DNA of 64,000 bases, taken from the NCBI GenBank assembly GCA_017428635.1, contig JAFRQK010000008.1, forward strand, positions 1,410-65,409, given 5' to 3'. Both the position numbers and the translations under genes were made by a program. This DNA is from Clostridia bacterium. Lineage in GTDB: Bacteria; Bacillota; Clostridia; Oscillospirales; CAG-272. Every line of letters begins with the position of its first letter. The first letter of the stretch is position 1. This document shows positions 44,763 to 51,266 of this stretch, piece after piece. The notes under the pieces were generated by a model. That model did no database searches and was not told where the DNA came from. It saw only the letters and a program-made list of their open reading frames with translations.

Positions 44763-44791
44763 ATTATAGCACAACGGATACGGGTTGTCAA
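44763..44791 (-). promoter_or_regulatory. Sigma-A promoter (TTGACA, 17 nt, TGcTATAAT) overlapping the serA stop
   Basis: On the minus strand, TTGACA is at 44791-44786 and TATAAT at 44768-44763, with an extended TG. Confidence 0.6.
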
Positions 44792-45948
44792 TGGTCGATC
44801 TGGATAACGCGTACGACGCCTTCGATCGCGTTCATTTTTTCGATCGTTTCCTTGTTCGCGGGATCGTCCGTATCGAGCAGAGTGACTGCAAAATCACCCT
44901 TTGAGCGGTTCGCCATATTGTCGATGTTGTTGCCGGAAGCGGATACCGCCGCGGTGATCGCGGAGATCATATTCGGGACGTTGAGATGAAGGACGACGAT
45001 CCTGTTCCCCGTCGTTCTGGGCATCGTGACGGTCGGGTAATTGACGCTGTTGACAATGTTGCCGTTTTCGAAGAAGTCGATAAGCTGATGAGCAGCCATC
45101 ACGGCGCAGTTGTCCTCGCTCTCAACGGTGGACGCGCCGAGATGCGGGATCGTGATCATTCCGGGAACGCGGACAGTTTCCTCGGTCGGGAAATCGGTAA
45201 CGTAAGCGGAAACGTGACCGTCTTCAAGCGCCTCTTTAAGGTCTGACGCACGAACAAGGTCGGCGCGGGAGAGGTTGATAATTTTCACGCCGCGCTTCAT
45301 CATCGAGATGGAGCCGGAATTGATGAAGTTCTTTGTCTCTTTCGTTGCGGGAACGTGAAGAGTGATGTAATCGCTCTCCTTGAAAATCTCGTCGTAAGAG
45401 GCGGCCTTCTTGATCGACCTTGAAAGCGACCACGCTGCTTCGACGGTAATGTAAGGGTCGTAACCGATAACGTTCATACCGAGCGATTTCGCGGCGTTGG
45501 CGACGAGACCGCCGATCGCGCCGAGACCGATAACGCCAAGCGTCTTGCCGAGCAGCTCGGTACCGGCAAACTGCGATTTGCCCGCCTCGACGGATTTTGC
45601 GACGTCCGTCTCGAGGGTATTCGCCCACTCGACGCCGCCGATGATGTTGCGGGACGCGAGAAGGAGCGCGGCGACCGCGAGTTCTTTAACGCCGTTGGCG
45701 TTCGCGCCGGGGGTGTTGAAAACGACGATACCGCGTTTTGCGCAGTCCTCGACGGGAATGTTGTTGACGCCCGCGCCGCATCTTGCGATCGCGAGAAGGT
45801 TCTTACCGAATTCGACTTCATGAAGACTTGCGGAACGGACCATGATGCCGTCCGGATCCTCCGCCTCGGTCGTTACGTCGTAAAGCGATCTGTCAAACTG
45901 GTTGATACCGACAGCCGCAATTTTGTTCATAAGTTTTATCTGTGCCAT
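44788..45948 (-). CDS. serA: D-3-phosphoglycerate dehydrogenase (with C-terminal ACT-like domain)
   Basis: NAD-binding GVIGLGAIGGLVA. 2-hydroxyacid dehydrogenase catalytic region. Located directly downstream of serC. Confidence 0.9.
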   Translation of the reverse strand: MAQIKLMNKIAAVGINQFDRSLYDVTTEAEDPDGIMVRSASLHEVEFGKNLLAIARCGAGVNNIPVEDCAKRGIVVFNTPGANANGVKELAVAALLLASRNIIGGVEWANTLETDVAKSVEAGKSQFAGTELLGKTLGVIGLGAIGGLVANAAKSLGMNVIGYDPYITVEAAWSLSRSIKKAASYDEIFKESDYITLHVPATKETKNFINSGSISMMKRGVKIINLSRADLVRASDLKEALEDGHVSAYVTDFPTEETVRVPGMITIPHLGASTVESEDNCAVMAAHQLIDFFENGNIVNSVNYPTVTMPRTTGNRIVVLHLNVPNMISAITAAVSASGNNIDNMANRSKGDFAVTLLDTDDPANKETIEKMNAIEGVVRVIQIDH

Positions 45949-45963
45949 TTTTATCTCCTGCCT

Positions 45964-47046
45964 TTATTTCGGATTGCGCGCGGCAAATTCTTTCATGAAC
46001 GCGACGAGTTTTTCGACGCCCTCGTAAGGCATCGCGTTGTAGATCGACGCTCTCATTCCGCCGACCGATCTGTGTCCCTTGAGATTCTTGAGTCCCTCGG
46101 AAGCCGCTTCGGAAGCGAATTTCTTGTCGAGGTCGGGATCGCCGGTGACGAACGTGACGTTCATCATCGAGCGGGAGTCTTTCCTGACGGGAGCGACGTA
46201 GTAATCCTGACCGTCGAGGTAATCGTAAAGAAGAGCGGCTTTCTTTTCGTTTCTCTTCTTCATTTCCTCAAGGCCGCCGATGGAAAGGATCCACTCGTAG
46301 ACGAGTTTCGCCATGTAGATCGGCCAGCACGGAGGCGTGTTGTACATGGAGCCGTTATCCGCCATGAGTTTGTAGTCGAGCATAGCGGGCGTTTCGGGCC
46401 TTGCGTTGCCGATAAGGTCTTCCCTGACGATAACGACGGTGAGACCCGCGGGTGCCATATTCTTCTGCGCGCCGGCGTAGATGAGACCGAAACGGCTGAC
46501 GTCGACCGGCTCGGAGATGATGCACGACGACATATCGGCGACGAGCGGGATATCTCCGGTGTCGGGGATATACGGGTACTTAGTACCGTAAATGGTATTA
46601 TTGAAGCAAATATGGACGTAGTCGGCGTCAGGGCGGAACGACGAGCGGTCCGTCGCCGGAACGAACGAGAAGTTGTCGTCCTTCGAGGATGCGGCGACAG
46701 CGACGTCGCCGTACTTCTGCGCCTCTTTGTACGCTTTCGTCGAGAACTGACCCGAAAGGATATAGTCCGCCTTGCGGTTGATCATCAGGTTGAGCGGAAC
46801 GGCCGCAAACTGCGTCGACGCGCCGCCCTGAAGGAACAGGACCTTATAATTGTCGGGAATGCTCATGACCTTTCTCAGGAGAGCCTCCGCCTCCGTTATG
46901 ATCGCCTCGAAAGCGGGCGAACGGTGGCTCATTTCCATCACGGACATTCCGGAATCTCCGTAACAAACGAGATCTGCTGCCGCTTTTTCAAGCACGGGAA
47001 GCGGAAGCATGGACGGACCCGCCGAGAAGTTATATACTCTCTGCAT
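45964..47046 (-). CDS. serC: Phosphoserine aminotransferase
   Basis: N-terminal YNFSAGPSMLP and FLQGGAST motifs; PLP-lysine region. 360 aa. Confidence 0.9.
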   Translation of the reverse strand: MQRVYNFSAGPSMLPLPVLEKAAADLVCYGDSGMSVMEMSHRSPAFEAIITEAEALLRKVMSIPDNYKVLFLQGGASTQFAAVPLNLMINRKADYILSGQFSTKAYKEAQKYGDVAVAASSKDDNFSFVPATDRSSFRPDADYVHICFNNTIYGTKYPYIPDTGDIPLVADMSSCIISEPVDVSRFGLIYAGAQKNMAPAGLTVVIVREDLIGNARPETPAMLDYKLMADNGSMYNTPPCWPIYMAKLVYEWILSIGGLEEMKKRNEKKAALLYDYLDGQDYYVAPVRKDSRSMMNVTFVTGDPDLDKKFASEAASEGLKNLKGHRSVGGMRASIYNAMPYEGVEKLVAFMKEFAARNPK

Positions 47047-47091
47047 TTTTATTCTCCGATCTGCCTTTTATCGGCATATTATTTTTCTTAT

Positions 47092-47120
47092 ATTATACTA
47101 TTCCCCTGCATAAATATCAA
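47092..47120 (-). promoter_or_regulatory. Sigma-A promoter of serC-serA (TTGATA, 17 nt, TATAAT)
   Basis: On the minus strand, -35 is at 47120-47115 and -10 at 47097-47092. Confidence 0.55.
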
Positions 47121-47215
47121 GGTGGGCAGAGCAATTCTTCATCGTTGAAAATCAGAGAAAAAAACGCCGTCCCGGCGCCTTTTTTCGGCGTTTTTGAAAA
47201 ACTTGAAAAATGGAC

Positions 47216-47244
47216 TTGACAACTAACAACGTATGTGTTAGAAT
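47216..47244 (+). promoter_or_regulatory. Sigma-A promoter of the tRNA operon (TTGACA, 17 nt, TGtTAGAAT)
   Basis: Consensus -35 and extended -10, about 40 nt upstream of tRNA-Leu. Confidence 0.65.
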
Positions 47245-47285
47245 ATTCTCCGCACCGATTGAGGAAGCCGTGAAAACGCTGTCTT

Positions 47286-47371
47286 GCCGGAATGGCGAAA
47301 TTGGCAGACGCCCGGGACTTAAAATCCCGTGTAACGTGAGTTACGTACCGGTTCGAGCCCGGTTTCCGGCA
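47286..47371 (+). tRNA. tRNA-Leu (anticodon UAA)
   Basis: Manual fold: acceptor GCCGGAA/TTCCGGC, anticodon arm CGGGA-CTTAAAA-TCCCG, long variable arm GTAAC-GTGA-GTTAC, T arm ACCGG-TTCGAGC-CCGGT. No encoded CCA. Confidence 0.9.
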
Positions 47372-47392
47372 TTCTCCCTCAAACGAATATAT

Positions 47393-47467
<75 letters not shown>

Positions 47468-47475
47468 TTAAAAAG

Positions 47476-47505
47476 CAAAGCACCCATCGGGGTGCTTTGT
47501 TTTTT
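47476..47505 (+). terminator. Intrinsic terminator after the tRNA genes
   Basis: 10-bp stem caaagcaccc/gggtgctttg followed by tttttt. Confidence 0.8.
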
Positions 47506-47507
47506 AA

Positions 47508-47691
47508 TTATGTGTGGAACTGAACTCTCATTCTCCGGGTTATGAGACCGAAGGGCGAATGACCCGGAGGTAGTGAGCGAAGCGAACGGCCGAGCGGTGT
47601 CAGAAAACAGCCCGGTGGGCTGTTTTCCCCGCGAGGTGACCGAGCCGCAGCGATACCGGGTGGTTCAAATCCCACTCCCGCAAGAAAAAAC
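47508..47691 (+). other. tRNA-fMet-derived structured unit A (pseudo-tRNA or tRNA-like element)
   Basis: Contains a 27/28-nt copy of the tRNA-fMet T arm plus 3' acceptor strand (47657-47683). Also a 10-nt copy of the 3' anticodon stem (47562-47571), a 14-nt inverted copy of the anticodon loop/stem (47533-47546), and an ~85-nt hairpin-rich insert. Confidence 0.6.
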
Positions 47692-47694
47692 AAA

Positions 47695-47725
47695 AGCACG
47701 CAACAGCGTGCTTTTCCTTTTTTCC
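47695..47725 (+). terminator. Intrinsic terminator after unit A
   Basis: 7-bp stem agcacgc/gcgtgct followed by ttttcctttttt. Confidence 0.6.
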
Positions 47726-47940
47726 GGGGTTTGAATCCGTCCGATCGCAGGGTTATGAGACCGAAGGGCAAAGCTCGTTGGTACTCGCAGTCCGCCGCCG
47801 GGGGCGGATAAAGGCGGACTGCGAGTACCGCAGCGGTCGGAAAACGCGGCGAGCCCGCAAGCGAGGGCGTTTTTCGGGCCACCGCAAGGCGGGCTCGTAC
47901 GAATTCGGGAACATCAAAATGCGACCACCGTTTTACCATG
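47726..47940 (+). other. Structured unit B sharing a 20-nt box with unit A
   Basis: Box gggttatgagaccgaagggc at 47750-47769 is identical to 47537-47556. Perfect 17-bp hairpin 47780-47796/47813-47829. 9-bp stem 47850-47858/47889-47897. No credible ORF. Strand assignment is uncertain. Confidence 0.5.
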
Positions 47941-47966
47941 AAAAAAGAAGCCCCACTCGGGGCTTC
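47941..47966 (-). terminator. Intrinsic terminator of the ABC transporter operon
   Basis: 8-bp stem gaagcccc/ggggcttc. On the minus strand it is followed by tttttt (plus-strand aaaaaa at 47941-47946). Confidence 0.7.
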
Positions 47967-47982
47967 TTAAATTCTCAAAAAC

Positions 47983-48741
47983 TCACAGAACCTTCCCGAG
48001 AAATGATTTCAACCTCTCGTTTTCGGGATGGCCGAACAACTCTTCAGGCGGCGCGTCAACGGCAAGAACGCCGTCGCACATAAAGACTACCCGGTCGGCA
48101 ACTTCGCGGGCGAATCCCATTTCATGAGTGACGACAAGCATTGTCATCCCCGCCTCCGCCAATTGCTTCATAACGGCAAGCACGTCGCCCACGAGTTCCG
48201 GGTCGAGCGCGGAAGTCGGCTCGTCAAACAGCATGATCTTCGGCTCCATCGCCAAAGCTCGCGCGATCGCCACGCGCTGTTTCTGTCCTCCCGAAAGACG
48301 GCTCGGATATTCGTCCGCCTTGTCGGAAAGTCCGACTTGTTCAAGAAGTTCGAGCGCCTTGGGTCTGACATGATCCGGATCCAGTTTTCTGACAAGGACA
48401 GGCGCAAGCATCACGTTTTCCAACACCGTCTTGTGCGGGAAGAGATTGAACTGCTGGAAAACCATACCCATCTGAAGAAGCAGTTCTTTTTGCTTCTCGG
48501 GGGCGATCTTGTCTACGGTATGATTGTTTTCACGGTGTAAAAACAACTCGTCGTTGATATAGATCTTTCCGCTGGTGATCTTTTCGAGCTGATTCAACGA
48601 ACGAAGAAACGTTGATTTTCCCGCGCCGGACGGTCCGATGATACACACGACCTCACCCGGTTCGACCGTCAGATTTATATCCTTAAGCACTTCGAGATCT
48701 CCGAAGCGTTTGCTCACGTGTTCGGTATGAATAATCGACAT
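47983..48741 (-). CDS. Polar amino-acid ABC transporter ATP-binding protein
   Basis: Walker [10 protein letters not shown], signature [15 protein letters not shown], Walker [12 protein letters not shown]. Confidence 0.9.
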   Translation of the reverse strand: MSIIHTEHVSKRFGDLEVLKDINLTVEPGEVVCIIGPSGAGKSTFLRSLNQLEKITSGKIYINDELFLHRENNHTVDKIAPEKQKELLLQMGMVFQQFNLFPHKTVLENVMLAPVLVRKLDPDHVRPKALELLEQVGLSDKADEYPSRLSGGQKQRVAIARALAMEPKIMLFDEPTSALDPELVGDVLAVMKQLAEAGMTMLVVTHEMGFAREVADRVVFMCDGVLAVDAPPEELFGHPENERLKSFLGKVL

Positions 48742-48753
48742 ACTCGCGCCTCC

Positions 48754-49986
48754 TCAGTTATACTTCGAGAAGTATCTCTCGAGTTTGTTGAACACCATGG
48801 AGAAAAGCGCCGTGATACAAAGGAACAGCAGCAGCGCCGGAATAAACACGGTGAACGACGCCTCGTTCGTAGCGATCGTCTGAGTTATCGTCGTTATATC
48901 CTGCAAAGATATCGCAAACACTAAAGACGCGTCCTTCAGGACCATGATAAACTCGTTTGCAACGGGCGGGACAAGCCTTCCGAGCGACTGAGGGATTATG
49001 ATCTTCGACATAGTCTGACCGTAGGTCAGCCCCAACGCTTTCGCCGCTTCATGCTGTCCTTTGTCGATGGACTGGATAGCCGCGCGGACTATCTCTGCGC
49101 AATAAGCGCCGCTGTTCAGGGAAAAAGCGATGTACGCCGCAATAAACGCGCCGTAATAAACGGCCTCGTTGCCGACGGAAGGCATGATCTTAAGAGCCGC
49201 CAAACGCCAGGAAAACCCCGGTATCATATTCGGTATGGCAAGATACACCACAAACAGCTGGATCAGCAACGGCGTCCCGCGGAAGAAGAATATGTATCCC
49301 GAGCAGATCTTGGACAGGATCTTCAGTTTAGATATCTTGCCAAGCGCGAGAAACACCGCGAGGAAAAGTCCGGTAGTCACGGCTGCCGCGGTCAGCACGA
49401 CTGTCAGTTTGATACCGAAAAGAAACGACTGACGGCAGCCGAGCATACGGTACGTATAACTGACGAAACTGCCGACTGTCGCGGCGGGACCGTCGTTTGC
49501 CCTGGTGATGATCCCGCAGAAACCGACGTACTTTTCATTGAACGCTCCCGTGGTCGATTGGAACGAAACGTAGTTTATACAGTACAAAGACTGATACGTC
49601 GTGATGACCCTTTTCTGCGTCCGCGTTTCGTCCGCAGCGATCTCGGCGCGGACTTCGTCGGACGCCATATCGATCATCTGCGCCTGGGAGGGGCGGAATA
49701 CCGCGAGAACCGTCGCCGTGATAAACAGCGCGACAAGAAAGATCACAAGTCCCTTGCTCTTCTTTTCCCAGTCCGGATAGTAGAAGAAATGGAAGAAGAC
49801 GGAACCGGGAACGAACTTTGACGCAACGCCGAACAGAACGGTAAGCGTGATAATAAAAATAATGATAGGCGGCGCCACGCTGTCGGAAAGACCGGTCGCG
49901 GTAAAAATCAGGTGGCTGACGTACGCGATCCCGGCGGAGACTGCGATCACTCCCAGCGCGATCAGAAACTTAAACAGTTTTTTCAT
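48754..49986 (-). CDS. Polar amino-acid ABC transporter permease with ~190-aa N-terminal extension
   Basis: The C-terminal ~220 aa match the HisM/GlnP-type permease pattern (FFFRGTPLLIQLF, ALGLTYGQTMSKIIIPQ). The N-terminal part has extra TM segments and a ~90-aa loop. Confidence 0.8.
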   Translation of the reverse strand: MKKLFKFLIALGVIAVSAGIAYVSHLIFTATGLSDSVAPPIIIFIITLTVLFGVASKFVPGSVFFHFFYYPDWEKKSKGLVIFLVALFITATVLAVFRPSQAQMIDMASDEVRAEIAADETRTQKRVITTYQSLYCINYVSFQSTTGAFNEKYVGFCGIITRANDGPAATVGSFVSYTYRMLGCRQSFLFGIKLTVVLTAAAVTTGLFLAVFLALGKISKLKILSKICSGYIFFFRGTPLLIQLFVVYLAIPNMIPGFSWRLAALKIMPSVGNEAVYYGAFIAAYIAFSLNSGAYCAEIVRAAIQSIDKGQHEAAKALGLTYGQTMSKIIIPQSLGRLVPPVANEFIMVLKDASLVFAISLQDITTITQTIATNEASFTVFIPALLLFLCITALFSMVFNKLERYFSKYN

Positions 49987-50057
49987 ATAGCCTCTACGAT
50001 TTTATGAAAACGAGGGGCTACCTGAGGGCAGCCCCGTTGTTCCCTTTTCGGTATACG

Positions 50058-50909
50058 TTAATCCTCGCTGAACCAAGTCGAGTTCAATTCTTCAAAGAAG
50101 CCCTCTGCCTTCAGATCGGCGAGCACGCCGTTGATGGCGTCGGCAAGCGCTTCGTTACCCTTGGTGATACCGATACCGAACTGTTCCGGATTTTCGGTAT
50201 CCTGGAAGATGATCTTGTATGCGCCGGGATTCTTTGCAAGCTGAACGCTCGCAACGGTGCTGTCGCATACGACCATTTCCACCTCGCCCTGAGCGAGCTG
50301 CTGGAAGCAGGTAAGGATCTTCTCGTTGGCTGCTGCCGTGCAGTCAACGGAGCCGGTATCAACGAGATCGGAGATGATCTCGTCGGTGGTGGTCCCCTTC
50401 TGGAAGGCCACGGAGTGACCGTCAACGTCGGTGAGCGCGCTTGCCGTCAGGTCGCTGTCCGCTTTGACGACGATCGCCTGATAGTTGTCGATGTAAGGAT
50501 CGGAGAGGATCATCTGAGCGGCGCGTTCCTCGTTGATGGTGTAACCGGAGATTATAACGTCGTAGTTGACACCGAGGCCCTCGGAGATCGTATCAAATTT
50601 CGTATTGATGAATTTGATCTCAAGGCCGAGGCGGGCGCCTATCTCGTTTGCCATATCGATGTCAAATCCGATCGGAGTAACGCCGTCTTCCGCTAACAGC
50701 TCGAAGGGCGGATAACCGATCTCGCTGCCTATGGTAAGAACACCTTCGGTGAGAAGGTTATAGTCGGGTGTTTCGATCTGTTCGCCCGTTTCGGCAGGCG
50801 CGGAGGTCTCCGGAGCGGCTGTATCCGGAGCAGGCTCGACCTTGGCGCAGGAGTTCATGATCAGCAGCGCAAAAACCGCTGCCAGCGCAAGTGCAAGAAT
50901 CTTTTTCAT
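50058..50909 (-). CDS. Amino-acid ABC transporter substrate-binding lipoprotein
   Basis: Lipobox-like LIMNSC. Family-3 SBP pattern (GYPPFE, GFDIDMANEI). Confidence 0.85.
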   Translation of the reverse strand: MKKILALALAAVFALLIMNSCAKVEPAPDTAAPETSAPAETGEQIETPDYNLLTEGVLTIGSEIGYPPFELLAEDGVTPIGFDIDMANEIGARLGLEIKFINTKFDTISEGLGVNYDVIISGYTINEERAAQMILSDPYIDNYQAIVVKADSDLTASALTDVDGHSVAFQKGTTTDEIISDLVDTGSVDCTAAANEKILTCFQQLAQGEVEMVVCDSTVASVQLAKNPGAYKIIFQDTENPEQFGIGITKGNEALADAINGVLADLKAEGFFEELNSTWFSED

Positions 50910-50948
50910 TTGTTTGCCTTTCTGTATTGTTTTTTGATGAACGAGGAC

Positions 50949-50977
50949 ATTTTACCACGCTAAAGTACCGTTGTCAA
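50949..50977 (-). promoter_or_regulatory. Sigma-A promoter of the ABC operon (TTGACA, 17 nt, TGgTAAAAT)
   Basis: On the minus strand, -35 is at 50977-50972 and -10 at 50954-50949. Confidence 0.6.
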
Positions 50978-51061
50978 GAGAAAAAGTTATAAATATTCAG
51001 GATTTCGGGAAAAATATTCAGTCATTTCGAACAACTGCAACTGCGCGGTCCCATAAAAGCC

Positions 51062-51103
51062 CTCTAAAAAGCCGCCCGGCGAGGAAAAACCTCCCGGGCG
51101 GCT
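51062..51103 (-). terminator. Intrinsic terminator downstream of the small ORF and the 1530-aa gene
   Basis: 10-bp stem agccgcccgg/ccgggcggct (51070-51079 with 51094-51103). On the minus strand it is followed by a U tract (plus-strand aaaaa at 51066-51070). Confidence 0.7.
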
Positions 51104-51134
51104 TTGTGCGTTTTCGGTCGGATAAACGGATCAA

Positions 51135-51248
51135 TTACGGGTCCATTCCCGGAAGTTCATCGTCACATCCGGGACTTTCCGTTATTACGTCCATTTCCGA
51201 AAAAACAACGATCTCGATCTCAGCGGGAATATAAATCTCTTTATTCAT
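51135..51248 (-). CDS. Unlisted small ORF, 37 aa (MNKEIYIPAEIEIVVFSEMDVITESPGCDDELPGMDP)
   Basis: ATG at 51248-51246 lies 7 nt after GGAGG (51260-51256). It starts 18 nt downstream of the stop of the 1530-aa gene and ends about 30 nt before the terminator. Below the 60-aa cutoff of the ORF track. Translated by hand. Confidence 0.4.
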   Translation of the reverse strand: MNKEIYIPAEIEIVVFSEMDVITESPGCDDELPGMDP

Positions 51249-51266
51249 CTCACAACCTCCTGCCCA

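Noticed and set aside
45820-47148. 442-aa ORF on the plus strand
   Set aside because: It is antisense to serA/serC, both clearly real. It is an artefact of GC-rich third-position bias. It also runs across the serC promoter.
47155-47196. Hairpin aaaacgccg..cggcgtttt between the serC promoter and the tRNA promoter, considered as a T-box or leader element
   Set aside because: It is too short for a T-box and has no specifier or T-box sequence. It looks like a bidirectional insulating terminator, and I do not call it with confidence.
47508-47939. 143-aa minus-strand ORF in the region downstream of the tRNAs
   Set aside because: Arg/Pro/Gly-rich with no RBS. It spans three terminator hairpins and tRNA-derived sequence. 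The region is better explained as non-coding structured DNA/RNA.
50971-51234. 87-aa plus-strand ORF between the ABC operon and the 1530-aa gene
   Set aside because: No RBS. It overlaps the ABC promoter, a minus-strand terminator and the better-supported 37-codon minus-strand ORF.
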